Shown here: in pieces, positions 1-11,300 of the stretch
Numbering within the stretch: position 1 is the first letter of the stretch
Layout: every line of letters begins with the position of its first letter
Assembly: GCA_965263035.1 (NCBI GenBank)
Contig: OZ253580.1
Location: 5,856,001-5,920,000 of the forward strand
Length of the DNA stretch: 64,000 nt
Source: Acidobacteriota bacterium
GTDB taxonomy: Bacteria; Acidobacteriota; UBA6911; RPQK01; JAJDTT01
Direction of reading: 5' to 3'
The notes under the pieces: model-generated
What the model saw: the letters and a program-made list of their open reading frames with translations, nothing else
What the model was told of the DNA's origin: nothing
Database searches by the model: none
Program-made: the position numbers and the translations under genes

Positions 1-706
1 GGTTGGTGTCCTGGACTGTCTTGCCAGTCTGGATACAGAGCAGAACATCATGGGGAAAGGAGTCCTCCTGAGACAGGTAGTGGCAATCGTTGGTAGCGAC
101 CAGCGGAAGATCCAACTCCTTGGCCAAACTCAGAATTCCGGGATTCACAGACTTCTGAGCTTCTATCCCGTGGTCCTGCAGTTCCAGATAGAAGCGGTCC
201 TTGCCGAAGATTTCCGAGAGCTCGCCAGCCTCCTTGCGCGCCTCCTCGTAACGATCCTGATGCAGATTCCAGGCCACGATCCCCTTGAGACAGGCCGAGA
301 GTCCGATCAATCCCTCACTATGTTGCTCCAGCAACTCACGATCGATGCGCGGCCGATAGTAGAACCCCTCCAGGTACCCCAGCGAGACGAGTCTGACCAG
401 GTTCTGATAGCCCTTCTGATTTCTGGCCAGGAGAACCAGGTGGTTGCTTCCATCCGATCGACCCGTCTTGACGGTTCGGCCATCTCGGGCGACGTACACC
501 TCACAACCGATAATGGGTTTGACACCGGTTTTGACTCCGGCATCGTGGAACTGGATCGCTCCAAACAGATTGCCGTGATCTGTCAGGGCGATCGCCGGCA
601 TCTTCAGTTCGGACGCTCTCTTGAACAGGGCGTCGATTTTGTTGGCTCCATCCAGCAGGCTGAAATGGCTATGGACGTGAAGGTGGACAAATTCAGCTTG
701 GCCCAT
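1..706 (-). CDS. dnaE: DNA polymerase III subunit alpha, N-terminal PHP domain (runs off the window edge)
   Basis: Not in the ORF track. Reading the minus strand from ATG at 706 gives MGQAEFVHLHVHSHFSLLDGANKIDALFKRASELKMPAIALTDHGNLFGAIQF, the DnaE PHP signature. Confidence 0.95.
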   Translation of the reverse strand, partial: MGQAEFVHLHVHSHFSLLDGANKIDALFKRASELKMPAIALTDHGNLFGAIQFHDAGVKTGVKPIIGCEVYVARDGRTVKTGRSDGSNHLVLLARNQKGYQNLVRLVSLGYLEGFYYRPRIDRELLEQHSEGLIGLSACLKGIVAWNLHQDRYEEARKEAGELSEIFGKDRFYLELQDHGIEAQKSVNPGILSLAKELDLPLVATNDCHYLSQEDSFPHDVLLCIQTGKTVQDTN

Positions 707-788
707 ATCGCTTAATTCCTCTGGGTCGGCGGTGGGACCGATTGAAGGAGGAGGCCGTGTCCCGTTGTGTTTCCGAGGGAGGTTCCGA

Positions 789-2321
789 TCATTCCCATTC
801 GATGGTTCCCGGTGGCTTTGAGGTCACGTCGTAGACCACCCGGTTCACACCCCTGACTTCGTTGACGACGCGGACGGAAATCCGGGCGAGAACTTCTCGG
901 GGCAGGGCAACCCAATCCGCAGTCATGCCGTCGACGCTGTCGACGGCGCGAATCGCGACCACGTGCTCGTAGGTTCTACCATCCCCCATGACACCCACGC
1001 TCTTGACCGGCAACAATACCGCGAAAGACTGCCAGATCTGCGCGTAGAGGCCCGCCCGGCGTATCTCCTCATCCACGATTCGATCCGCCTGCCGCAGCAA
1101 CTCCAGCCTCTCTTCGGTCACGGGGCCCAGGATGCGAACCGAAAGGCCGGGACCCGGAAAGGGTTGTCGCCACAGGATTTCCCGCGATAGGCCCAGTTCC
1201 TGACCGATCTGACGGACCTCGTCCTTGAAAAGGTCTCGCAGCGGCTCCACCAACTCCAATTCCATCTGCTCCGGCAATCCCCCGACGTTGTGATGACTCT
1301 TGATCACGGCCGATGGCCCCTTCACGGAGACCGACTCGATCACGTCCGGATAGAGCGTTCCCTGGACCAGGAAGCGGACGTCTCCCAGCTTCCGGCATTC
1401 TTCTTCGAAGACTCGAATGAAGGTTTCTCCGATGATCTTCCGTTTCCTTTCCGGTTCATCCACACCGGCCAGCAGATCCAGAAACCGGGATCGCGCTTCC
1501 ACCCCGACCACGTTCAGTTGCAGTTGTTCCCGTACCGTGTTGAGCACCTGCCGGAACTCTCCGTCCCGCAACAAGCCGTTGTCCACGAAGACACAGGTCA
1601 GGCGATGGCGGATGCTCCGGTGGACCAGGATAGCGGCCACGGTAGAATCTACACCTCCCGACAGTCCGCAGACGGCTCGCCCCGATCCCACCCTGTCCCG
1701 GATCTGATCGACCGTACTCTCGATAAAGGAGGCCGCGGTCCAATCCCGCTTGCAGCCGCAGACCTTCACAAAATTGGAGATGACCTCTTGTCCCAGAGGC
1801 GTGTGCGCGACCTCCGGGTGGAATTGGACACCGAAGATCCGCCGCTCTGCGTTTTCCATGGCGGCCAAGGCGTTGTGCGTGGACGCCACCGGATGAAAGC
1901 CGGGAGGCAGGGCTTTTATTCGGTCGCCATGGCTCATCCAGACCTGCATCGTACGGGGAAGACCGTCCAGCAGGGGCGAGGGACGGGACCGTTCCAGCTG
2001 GGCCTTTCCATACTCCCGTTGGGACGGGTGAACCTGGCCGCCGAACCGGTGGGCCAGAAGGTGCATCCCGTAGCAGATTCCCAGAAGCGGGACATCGCAG
2101 GAATAGACTCGAGGATCGGGATACGGCGCCCCTTCCTCGAACACGGACCGGGGGCCGCCGGAAAGAACGATTCCGCTGGGCTGGCGCCTCGCGATCTCCT
2201 GAAACGGGGTGTGATAGGGAAGTACCTCCGAGAAGACGCGAGCCTCTCGAATCCGGCGGGCAATCAGTTGCGTGTACTGAGACCCGAAGTCGAGAATAAC
2301 GATGACTTCTCGCCTGCTCAC
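789..2321 (-). CDS. guaA: GMP synthase (glutamine-hydrolysing)
   Basis: [43 protein letters not shown] and C-terminal KPPGTIEWE. Start taken as GTG 2321 with GAGGT upstream. Confidence 0.97.
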   Translation of the reverse strand: MSRREVIVILDFGSQYTQLIARRIREARVFSEVLPYHTPFQEIARRQPSGIVLSGGPRSVFEEGAPYPDPRVYSCDVPLLGICYGMHLLAHRFGGQVHPSQREYGKAQLERSRPSPLLDGLPRTMQVWMSHGDRIKALPPGFHPVASTHNALAAMENAERRIFGVQFHPEVAHTPLGQEVISNFVKVCGCKRDWTAASFIESTVDQIRDRVGSGRAVCGLSGGVDSTVAAILVHRSIRHRLTCVFVDNGLLRDGEFRQVLNTVREQLQLNVVGVEARSRFLDLLAGVDEPERKRKIIGETFIRVFEEECRKLGDVRFLVQGTLYPDVIESVSVKGPSAVIKSHHNVGGLPEQMELELVEPLRDLFKDEVRQIGQELGLSREILWRQPFPGPGLSVRILGPVTEERLELLRQADRIVDEEIRRAGLYAQIWQSFAVLLPVKSVGVMGDGRTYEHVVAIRAVDSVDGMTADWVALPREVLARISVRVVNEVRGVNRVVYDVTSKPPGTIEWE

Positions 2322-2466
2322 CGGAACCTCTTTGCTCGGAGCGGAATCGGCCCTTTGCCGAGTGACGGGAGCGGAGTATAGCACGCCATTCTGACCCCCA
2401 AGTGCCCTTTGCCGCCCGCGCCGGCCCCCCTTGACTCGGGTTCTGGCAGGCGGGACCATCTCCAGA

Positions 2467-3285
2467 ATGATCAGCGAACAGACACTACAGGCGATTCTCC
2501 TGGGCATCTTACAGGGGCTCACGGAATTCCTGCCGGTGAGCAGTTCGGGTCACCTGATCCTGGTGCCCTGGATGCTGGGCTGGCAGCCCCTGGGACTGAT
2601 TTTCGACATCATGGTCCACATCGGGACTCTCCTGGCCGTTCTGGTCTATTTCCGGCGCGAGTGGAAGCAGATCTTGGTGGCGGCATTCAAACGATTGTGC
2701 GGCCGGTCCCGGAGCCGGAACTCTTTCCTGATGGACGCCATCCTTCTGGGGACGATTCCGGCGGTCGTGGCGGGGGGACTGCTGAAGCAGGTCATCGAGG
2801 AGTATCTCCGGACCCCCACGGTGACCGCATCCTGCCTGGGCATTTTTGGCTTTCTCCTCTGGTGGGCAGACCGTCGCGGAGCCAAGAACCGCTCGCTCCG
2901 GAGCCTGACTCGGAAAGATGGAATTCTGATCGGATTGGCCCAGGCTCTGGCTCTCATGCCGGGGGTGAGCCGAGCAGGCATTACACTGAGTGCGGGTCTG
3001 GCTCTCGGCCTCAATCGATCGGATGCCGCCCGGTTCGCCTTCCTCCTTTCCGCCCCCATCATGGCGCTGGCAGGGGCGGCTGCCGTTTACGAGTTGCTCT
3101 CTGCCCGAACCGCGGCGGCAGCCGGGTTGGCTGACTCCGCGTTACTCCTTGGTGTATCATCGTCCTTCGTTAGCGGCATCCTATGTATCCGGTTCTTTCT
3201 TCGCTTTCTCGAGCGGCGTACGCTGCTGCCGTTTGTCGCCTATCGGTTCTTGTTGGCTGCTGTTATTTTCTGCTCGTCCCTCTGA
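2467..3285 (+). CDS. uppP: Undecaprenyl-diphosphate phosphatase (BacA family)
   Basis: [15 protein letters not shown] and PGVSRAG motifs; multiple hydrophobic helices. Confidence 0.95.
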   Translation: MISEQTLQAILLGILQGLTEFLPVSSSGHLILVPWMLGWQPLGLIFDIMVHIGTLLAVLVYFRREWKQILVAAFKRLCGRSRSRNSFLMDAILLGTIPAVVAGGLLKQVIEEYLRTPTVTASCLGIFGFLLWWADRRGAKNRSLRSLTRKDGILIGLAQALALMPGVSRAGITLSAGLALGLNRSDAARFAFLLSAPIMALAGAAAVYELLSARTAAAAGLADSALLLGVSSSFVSGILCIRFFLRFLERRTLLPFVAYRFLLAAVIFCSSL

Positions 3286-3893
3286 CGGGGGCGGCGGAAG
3301 ATGTCATCAAGGACTCCGAGTCCATTCCCGCCTACCAGAACCAGATACTGAGGTCACATTTTCGATCCCAGTACTACAAGAGCGTGACCTCCATCGGTTC
3401 CAGAACCAACGATCCTTTCGTCACCCAATACGTGGACCGCCAAATCGCCTACTACCTGAGGCGAATTCGCTCCGCTCTCGTCATGCTCAAGGTGCACTGC
3501 GAGGAGGTCCAGGAGATCCGGGCGAATTCAACGATCGACAACCGCCTTCAGATGACGCCCGAATTTCGGAAGCAGTGGAGGAAGGCGCTGGGGGATCTTT
3601 CCCGAGATGCGAGGGGTCTCAAGAATCTCATTGGGAGCATCCTGCTCGGACTGGCTCGGAAGGACTCCAGACGGCCCCGTGTCCGCTCGGTGGGCGGAAG
3701 GGACGGCTACGGCCGGGAGGTCGCGTACGTGAGGAGGGAGCTGACGCTGGCAGAACGGCGAATCGAGGATTTCTTCTACAAGCCCACAAATACGGTGAGC
3801 TTCGAAGATCTTCGGGACAGGAAGACCATGCTGGTGCATCTCTACCACGTCCAGGAGATGGCCAAACGACTCCGGGACGCGGTGGGCCGTTAA
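3183..3893 (+). CDS. Hypothetical, probably exported helical protein; start uncertain
   Basis: Fills the gap between uppP and the MBL gene; hydrophobic N-terminal stretch ending LTGA-AED; no recognisable motif. Confidence 0.55.
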   Translation: MYPVLSSLSRAAYAAAVCRLSVLVGCCYFLLVPLTGAAEDVIKDSESIPAYQNQILRSHFRSQYYKSVTSIGSRTNDPFVTQYVDRQIAYYLRRIRSALVMLKVHCEEVQEIRANSTIDNRLQMTPEFRKQWRKALGDLSRDARGLKNLIGSILLGLARKDSRRPRVRSVGGRDGYGREVAYVRRELTLAERRIEDFFYKPTNTVSFEDLRDRKTMLVHLYHVQEMAKRLRDAVGR

Positions 3894-3977
3894 CAATTCC
3901 GCGTGGATCAGGGGACGAGACCTTCACGCCGTGCCGAACCAGGCGGATACGGGAGTCGGCGAGACTGAAAGGAGTGT

Positions 3978-4667
3978 TTGATGCGAAACCTCACTCACTG
4001 GTTGTTTTTCGGTGTCTTCAACCTGACCGGGCTGGCCGCCGGAGTGGAGGTGATCCCGATTCACCATGGATCCCTTATTCTCAAATGGCAGGAGAAAGTG
4101 ATCTACGTCGACCCTTGGAGCCGCGGAGACTACACGGGACAACCGCCGGCGGACCTCATCCTGATCACCGATATCCATGGGGACCACATGGACCCGGAGC
4201 AGATCTCTCGAGTCCGGAAAGACGAGACGGTCATCGTCGCTCCCGCAGCGGTGCAGAAGACGGTTTCGGAAGCCAGGGTGCTGAGTAACGGCGAAACCAT
4301 TCGCCCACTTGGAATCCAGGTCGAAGGCATCGCCATGTACAACCTGAAACGGGGTCCCAAGGCGGGACAGCTCTACCACACCCGAGGCCGGGGAAACGGA
4401 TACATTCTCACGTTCGGGAAAGAGCGTGTCTATATTTCCGGAGACACCGAGTGCATTCCGGAAATGAAGGCATTGAAGGATATCGATCTGGCGTTCGTGT
4501 GCATGAATCTTCCTTACACCATGACTCCCGAAGAAGCCGCCGAGTGCGTCAACAGCTTCCGTCCCAAGGCCGTGTACCCCTATCACTTCAGGGGATCGGA
4601 CGTGAAGGTTTTCGAGCGGATGGTGACCGCGGAAGGCGTCGAGGTCAGAATTCTGGACTGGTACTGA
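3978..4667 (+). CDS. Exported MBL-fold metallo-hydrolase
   Basis: IYVDPW, TDIHGDH, YISGDTE and YPYHF motifs; signal-like N-terminus; GGAG upstream. Confidence 0.85.
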   Translation: MMRNLTHWLFFGVFNLTGLAAGVEVIPIHHGSLILKWQEKVIYVDPWSRGDYTGQPPADLILITDIHGDHMDPEQISRVRKDETVIVAPAAVQKTVSEARVLSNGETIRPLGIQVEGIAMYNLKRGPKAGQLYHTRGRGNGYILTFGKERVYISGDTECIPEMKALKDIDLAFVCMNLPYTMTPEEAAECVNSFRPKAVYPYHFRGSDVKVFERMVTAEGVEVRILDWY

Positions 4668-4734
4668 ACGAGGCTGGTCCCCCCGGAGACGTCGGCTCGA
4701 CCATGAAGGGACCGGCGAAATCGGTCAAGGAGGG

Positions 4735-5229
4735 TTAGCCTTTTCCCTTTTCCGCGCTGCCACGCCTGAGAGAGAGACACCCCGTACGGTGCACGTCCCG
4801 CACACCGTACACCCGCATGTTCTGGAGAAAACCGTTGATCTTCTCCGGCTGTCCCGTTACCTCGAAAACACAGCTCTGAGGACTGGCGTCGACCACGCGC
4901 GCCCGAAACACCTTGGAGAGTTCCAAGATCTCCGACCGGCTGGATTCCGTGACGCGCACCCGGATCAGGGCCATCTCGCGGGCCATGTGGACTCGCGGAT
5001 TGTATGGAATCACCTTGATGACATCGATCAGCTTGTTCAACTGCTTGACGACCTGCTCGGTGCCCGGCTCGTCCGTGTTCGTGGAAAGGGTAATGAGCGA
5101 CATGGTGGGGTCGGAGGTCGGAGCGACGTTCAGGGTCTCGATATTGTATCCCCGCTGGCTGAACAACCCCACAACCCGGGCCAGGACACCCGATCTGTTT
5201 TCGACCAGTAAGGAAAGCAACTGAACCAT
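4735..5229 (-). CDS. ilvN: Acetolactate synthase small (regulatory ACT) subunit
   Basis: LVENRSGVLARVVGLFSQRGYNIETL, KQLNKLIDVIKV, REMALIRV. Confidence 0.92.
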   Translation of the reverse strand: MVQLLSLLVENRSGVLARVVGLFSQRGYNIETLNVAPTSDPTMSLITLSTNTDEPGTEQVVKQLNKLIDVIKVIPYNPRVHMAREMALIRVRVTESSRSEILELSKVFRARVVDASPQSCVFEVTGQPEKINGFLQNMRVYGVRDVHRTGCLSLRRGSAEKGKG

Positions 5230-5393
5230 GGCGTGTCCCCGTATAAGCACTTTGGGGCCCAGAGTCAAGACAGGAACGCTTCTGGACTGATCCGGCGCCG
5301 TCCTTCAGACACCCCGCGACGCGCGACGCAAGGGCGTCATCCCTGGGCCGTGCCTGCGAACTCCCGACCTGCGCCGCGTCTTCCGAAACGAAT

Positions 5394-7880
5394 ATGGCAG
5401 AATGGCCCGAAATGGCCACCACGATCCGTGCGGAGCCCTGGGAAACCTACTCGGCTCAGCGTCGCCTCGTCGAGCAATCGTTCCGGTCAGACCTCTGTCC
5501 GGAGTCGGCTCTGGCGGACCTGACCCAGGCCATGGACGCCCTGGTCTCCCAAGTCGCTCAGCGGCACCTTCGATTCGGTTCGTTTTGCATCCTCGCCTTG
5601 GGCGGATACGGTCGCCGCGAGATGTTCCCCCACTCGGACGTGGATCTTCTGCTGTTGTACCGGGAGGAGGACCGAGAAGCCGCCGAGGACGCCATCAAAC
5701 GTCTGCTCCACGACTTGTGGGACCTCCGCCTGGACCTGGGGCACCAAGTCTGGTCCCTGGAGGACCTGACGACCCAGGGCCCGGACCTGGAGTTGTCCCT
5801 GTCCCTGTCGGATGCTCGAATCGTAACCGGAAACATGGCCTTGGGAAGTCTCCTTCTCCGCGACTTTCTTCCCGGCTGGCATCGAGCCCAGACCGGGGAA
5901 CTGCGCCTTGGGATCGACCGTCTGACCCGGAAACGGCACCGGAGTTTCCAGAACACCATCTTCCATCTGGAGCCGGATCTGAAGGAGGGCCCCGGTGGAC
6001 TCAGAGATTTCCTGACAGCCGGATGGCTGTCGAGGCTCCGGGGGGAGGCACGCTTCATCCCGTACAGCCGAGAACGCATCGACGACGCGTCCAGTTTCAT
6101 GAAGCGGATGCGCATGTTGGTCCACCTCGTGCGTGGGCGCAATCTGAATCGCCTTACGTATCGGCTGCAGGAAGAAATTGCACCACTGGCCGGCTATGCA
6201 TCCGAAGACGATCGGACGGGCGCTGAGACCATGATGCAGAAGTACTATCTCAACGCCCGGGTTCTCCACGGGTTTTGTCGCCACGCCCTGGTCATGAGAA
6301 CCCCGGTCGAACCGTCCGCCCAAATCCAGCTGGAGAAAGTCTCGTCGGAGCGAGCCGGCCCCACCATCCTCAGAGCTTTTCGAGACTCCCTGATTCAGTC
6401 CAAGCCTTTGAGTGACAGGGCCCGCATGTTGATTTCCCGCGGCTGTCCCCATTTGGCTGCAAGCTTGCGCCGTTTTCCGCAACCGGGATCGATATTGGAC
6501 CTCTTTTCTCCCCGGCCCGGGCTCTATCGGACCCTGATCGAAATGTACGAACTGGGAGTCTTGGAGGCTCTTTTTCCGGAATTTGGAAGCATCAAGGCCA
6601 AGGTCACACGCGATTTCTACCACCAATATACCGTCGATGAGCACAGCCTCATGGCCATCCGCAATATTGAGGAGCTGAGGGAAGGGAAGTCCGATGTGGA
6701 CGCCCGGTTCGCAGCCCTGCTGGAGGAGGCGACCCATCCGGAGCTGTTGACCCTGGCCCTCCTCCTCCACGATGTGGGAAAGAGCCGGGAAGGGCGTCAT
6801 GCCGACCGAAGCACGCGAATGGCGGCCGCGGCGCTGAGGCGCCTGTGCTTTCCCGCGGAATGTATCGAGGCCATCTCGTTTCTGATCCAACAACATCTAT
6901 CCATGACCAAAGTCATTTTCCGGAGGGACCTGGAGGACCCCAGGGTGATCGACCGCTTTGCCGACCGCGTCGGCGATCCCGATCGGCTCCGCCTGCTGTG
7001 TCTTCTGACCTACGCGGACATCAAGGCCGTCGGACCCGGCGTGCTCAAGGATTGGACCAAGGATCTCCTGTGGCAACTGTATGTCTCCGCCTACCGAAAA
7101 CTCACCCTGGGCTTTGGGGTGGACTCGGTGGAAGAAGAAACCCCGGACCTCCTCTTCAGGGATCTGCCGGGCGACCTCGATGCCCGAGATTTCGGGAGGT
7201 TCCTTGAAGGACTCCCTCTCAGATACGTGAAGATCACACCTCATTCCGAAATCTATGAGCACTATCGTCTGGCCCGAGGTCTGAGAACCGATCGGCCAGT
7301 CCGGTTGCGGCTGACTCGGGAGCTCGACGGCTACAAACTCTGCGTGGTGACTCCCGATCGTTTCTACCTCTTTGCTCGGGTCGCCGGTGTCCTCGCCTCG
7401 TTTGGCATGAACATATTCCGTGGCTATGCCATGTCCAACCGGGCGGGAACGACTCTGGACCTGTTCCATTTCACCGACGCCCGCCGACTCTTCGCTCTTA
7501 ATCCCAGCGAGAAACAGCGGTTTCAGGATTCGGTCAGCCGGGTGCTTCGGGATGACCGGTCCGTGGAGCCGTATCTCAAGCGCAACGGCAGACTGTTGAA
7601 ACCGCGCTTTTCGTCCGCACGGTTTCGCCCCTCCGTCTACTTCGAGGATGAGCCCACCCAGCGCTACACCATCATGGAACTCGTGGCTTCCGACGCCGTC
7701 GGTCTCCTGTACACCATCGCCGACCGGATCTCGTCCCTTCGCTGCAACATCGATCTGGTATTGATCAATACGGAGGGTGAGAGAGCGGTGGATGTCTTTT
7801 ACTTGTCGCGTGATGGGTGTAAACTTGGGCCTGTTCTACAGCAAGAACTGGAAGCTCAGATTCTTCAAGCGATAGGGTGA
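5394..7880 (+). CDS. glnD: [Protein-PII] uridylyltransferase/uridylyl-removing enzyme
   Basis: LGGYGRREMFPHSDVDLL, LEPDLKEGPGGLRD, HQYTVDEH, LLHDVGK (HD) and two C-terminal ACT domains; directly upstream of a PII gene. Confidence 0.95.
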   Translation: MAEWPEMATTIRAEPWETYSAQRRLVEQSFRSDLCPESALADLTQAMDALVSQVAQRHLRFGSFCILALGGYGRREMFPHSDVDLLLLYREEDREAAEDAIKRLLHDLWDLRLDLGHQVWSLEDLTTQGPDLELSLSLSDARIVTGNMALGSLLLRDFLPGWHRAQTGELRLGIDRLTRKRHRSFQNTIFHLEPDLKEGPGGLRDFLTAGWLSRLRGEARFIPYSRERIDDASSFMKRMRMLVHLVRGRNLNRLTYRLQEEIAPLAGYASEDDRTGAETMMQKYYLNARVLHGFCRHALVMRTPVEPSAQIQLEKVSSERAGPTILRAFRDSLIQSKPLSDRARMLISRGCPHLAASLRRFPQPGSILDLFSPRPGLYRTLIEMYELGVLEALFPEFGSIKAKVTRDFYHQYTVDEHSLMAIRNIEELREGKSDVDARFAALLEEATHPELLTLALLLHDVGKSREGRHADRSTRMAAAALRRLCFPAECIEAISFLIQQHLSMTKVIFRRDLEDPRVIDRFADRVGDPDRLRLLCLLTYADIKAVGPGVLKDWTKDLLWQLYVSAYRKLTLGFGVDSVEEETPDLLFRDLPGDLDARDFGRFLEGLPLRYVKITPHSEIYEHYRLARGLRTDRPVRLRLTRELDGYKLCVVTPDRFYLFARVAGVLASFGMNIFRGYAMSNRAGTTLDLFHFTDARRLFALNPSEKQRFQDSVSRVLRDDRSVEPYLKRNGRLLKPRFSSARFRPSVYFEDEPTQRYTIMELVASDAVGLLYTIADRISSLRCNIDLVLINTEGERAVDVFYLSRDGCKLGPVLQQELEAQILQAIG

Positions 7881-7884
7881 ATCA

Positions 7885-8211
7885 ATGAAATTGATCATGG
7901 CGATCGTACGGCCCAGCAAGGTGGAAGAGGTCAAGGATGCGCTGGGCAAACTGAACGTTTCAGGCATGACCATTTCGGAAGTGCGCGGTCATGGCCGCCA
8001 GAAAGGACACACGGCCATCTACCGGGGAAAAGAATACAGTGTCACCCTCCTGCCCAAAATGAAGATGGAAATCGTTCTGCCAGACGATCTGGTGGAAGAG
8101 ACCATCGAAACCATCATGGAGACGGCTCGCACAGGCGAAATCGGCGACGGCCGCGTTTTTGTGCTTCCCGTGGAATGCCAGTACAACATCCGCACCGGAG
8201 AGAACGACTGA
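7885..8211 (+). CDS. glnB: PII nitrogen regulatory protein (GlnB/GlnK)
   Basis: GHGRQKG, T-loop YRGKEY with the uridylylated Tyr, TGEIGDGRVF, IRTGE. Confidence 0.93.
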   Translation: MKLIMAIVRPSKVEEVKDALGKLNVSGMTISEVRGHGRQKGHTAIYRGKEYSVTLLPKMKMEIVLPDDLVEETIETIMETARTGEIGDGRVFVLPVECQYNIRTGEND

Positions 8212-8315
8212 TCCGGCTCCCTGCGGCTCCGCTGCGGAGGCTTCACCCAACGGCGCCATGAGGCGCTCCGTCGACCGGCCGGGGGTCACGCAAGCCTCCT
8301 CTTTCTTACCAACCG

Positions 8316-11300
8316 TCAAACGGCTTCGATCGTCTCCCGGCGATAGGTCAACAGCAGATCCTTGGTATTCACCCGGTCTCCCGGCTCCACCAGCAGTTCG
8401 TCGATCTCGGCTTCCCGGTCGGCGTAGAGCGTGAGTTCCATCTTCATGGCCTGAAGCGTCAGGAGCTTCTCTCCCTGGGCGACTTTCGCTCCGCTTCCCA
8501 CCGAGACTGAGATGACCATGCCGGGCATGGGCGCGCCGACGTGAAGCGGGTCGCCCGGGTCCGCCTTGGACCGTTTTGATACCTGGGGAATCACGGACTG
8601 ATTGGGAACCCGGACCTCCCTGGGAACGCCGTTGAGCTCGAAAAAGACGGTGCAGTTCCCCCGGGTGTCCGGTTCCCCCACGGCCATCAGCTTGATGATG
8701 AGCGTCTTTCCAGGCTCCAGTTCCACCAGGACTTCGGCTTCCCGTTCCATTCCGTAGAAGAAAACGGGCGTAGGAATTACGGAAACGTCGCCGAACCGGA
8801 TCTGGTGCCGTATGAACTCCTGAAACACCTGCGGGTACAGGAGGTACGAAATCGTGTCTCGCTCACCGAACTTGCGGCGAAGCCGCCCCTCAAGGTCTTT
8901 TCGTGCGCCTTGCAGGTCGGCGGGAGGCAGGGACTCGCCGGGCCGGCCCTGAATCGGACGCAGGTCTCCCAGAATCCGCTCTCTCAACCGGGCCGGGAAC
9001 CCGCCCTTCGGTGTTCCCAGGCGGCCCTGGAAGAAATCGATCACCGACTTGGGAAAATCGATCTTCTTTGAAGAGTCAGTCAAGTCTTGCGGAGAGAGAT
9101 CGTTAGTCAACATGAATAGCGCGAGATCGCCGACGACCTTGGAAGAGGGAGTGACCTTGACGATGTCTCCAAAAAGCTCGTTCACTCGGGCGTAGGTTCG
9201 CCACACCTCCGGCCAATTTTCCTCCAGGCCCAACGCCGCCGCCTGCTGATACAGGTTGGTGTATTGCCCGCCCGGCATCTCATGCTTGTAGACATCCGCG
9301 GTTCCTGTCCGTAGCGTCGACTCGAAGGCACAGTAGTACTGCCGCACAACCTCCCAGTAATGAGCAGTTTCCTCAAGCCTTGCCGTGTCGAAACCAGGAT
9401 CGCGGGGAGAAAACCGCAACATTTCCACGAACGTGTTGAGGCTGGGCTGAGAGGTCAGACCGGCCAACGGAGCCATGGCGCCGTCCACGATATCTGCTCC
9501 CGCTTCCACCGCCTTCAACAGTGTCGCCATCTGGCCACCGCTCGTGTCGTGGGTATGGAAGTGGATCGGAAGCCCCACTTCGTTCTTCAGAGCCCGGATC
9601 AACTGATGGGCGGCGTAGGGCTTGCACAGGCCGGCCATGTCCTTGATGGCCAGAATATGGGCGCCCATTCGCTCCAACTCCCGCGCCAATTCCAGGTAGT
9701 AGTCCAGAGAGTATTTGGGTCGGTCCGGATCCAGAATGTCGCCGGTGTAACAGATGGCAGCCTCGGCCAAGCCACCACTCCGGGACACGGCTTCTATGGC
9801 GACCTGCATGTTGCGGGTATCGTTGAGTGAATCGAAAATGCGAAAAATGTCGATGCCCGATTCTGCGGCGAACCGCACGAACTCCTGGACCACGTTGTCC
9901 GGATAACTCGTGTAGCCGACGGCATTGGAAGCTCTCAGCAACATCTGGAAGGGAATGTTGGGGATGGCTTGGCGCAAGCGGTCCAGGCGGTCCCAGGGAG
10001 ACTCCCGCAGAAAGCGCATTGCCGTGTCGAACGTGGCTCCGCCCCAGAGCTCGAGTGAGAAGAAGTCGCTATGGCAATGAGCATAGACGTCTGCGATCCG
10101 GCTCATGTCATAGGTACGCATTCGGGTAGCCAGAAGGGATTGGTGTGCATCCCGGAGGGTGGTGTCCGTGATCAGCACCTCCGGCCGATCTTGAACCCAA
10201 TCGGCGAATTTCCGAGGTCCGTCCCTGAGGAGTCGGAAACGATGGCCCTCCGGAATGGATCCACCGGTCGGGCGCCAGGGAACCGGCGCCGGCCTGCGGT
10301 TGACCTTGGCATGAAATTCCCGGACCACCGGAGTTTCATTGACCACCTGATTCCCCAGAAAGCGGAGCAGCCGAGTCGCTCGATCCCGGCGTGCCGGAAA
10401 ACGGAAGAGTTCTGGATTCTCGTCGATGAAACGAGTGGTGCAATTCCCGTTCCGAAACTCCGGGTGGTCTACCAAATTGATCAGGAAGGGGATGTTCGTC
10501 TTCACGCCGCGGATTCGGAACTCTTGCAGACAGCGCTCCATCCGGCGGACCGTTTCGGAAAAATGAAGGCCCCAGGCCGTGACCTTCACCAGAAGGGAGT
10601 CATAGAACGGGGTTACCGTGGCCCCGGAGAAGGCGGTTCCGGCGTCCAGCCGGATTCCCGCCCCGGCCGCCGAACGATAATGGAGAATGCGTCCGTAGTC
10701 GGGAATGAACGAATTCTCCGGATCCTCCGTGGTCACCCGGCACTGGCAGGCATAACCCCGGACCTGCACATCGGACTGAGTGGCCAGTCCGATCTCAGGA
10801 TGCTCCAGAGACAGTCCCTGGGCGATCAGAATCTGATGGTGAACCAGATCCACACCCGTCACCTGTTCCGTCACCGTGTGTTCGACCTGGATCCTGGGGT
10901 TGATCTCGATGAAGTAGAACTGGTCCGTGTCCTGATCCAACAGGAATTCCACCGTTCCCGCGTTGTCATACCCGATGGCCCGGCCCAGCGCCACCGCGGC
11001 ATCGCAGATCTTCCTTCTCAACTCCGGCGCCAGATTGAGGGCTGGAGCCATCTCCACCAACTTCTGATGGCGCCGCTGAAGGGAACAGTCGCGCTCGTAG
11101 AGATGGACGAGGTTGCCATGCCGGTCGCCCAGAATCTGAACCTCCAGGTGTCGCGCTCGGGACACGAATCGCTCCAGAAAGATCTCTTCTCGTCCGAATG
11201 CCGACGCCGACTCACGCCGCGCCTCTTGAAACTGGGCTTCCAACTCCGCCTCTCGGGACACGACGCGAATCCCGCGGCCGCCGCCGCCGTGAGCCGCCTT

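Noticed and set aside
50-715. 221-aa plus-strand ORF
   Set aside because: Antisense shadow of dnaE; the minus strand carries the PHP motifs.
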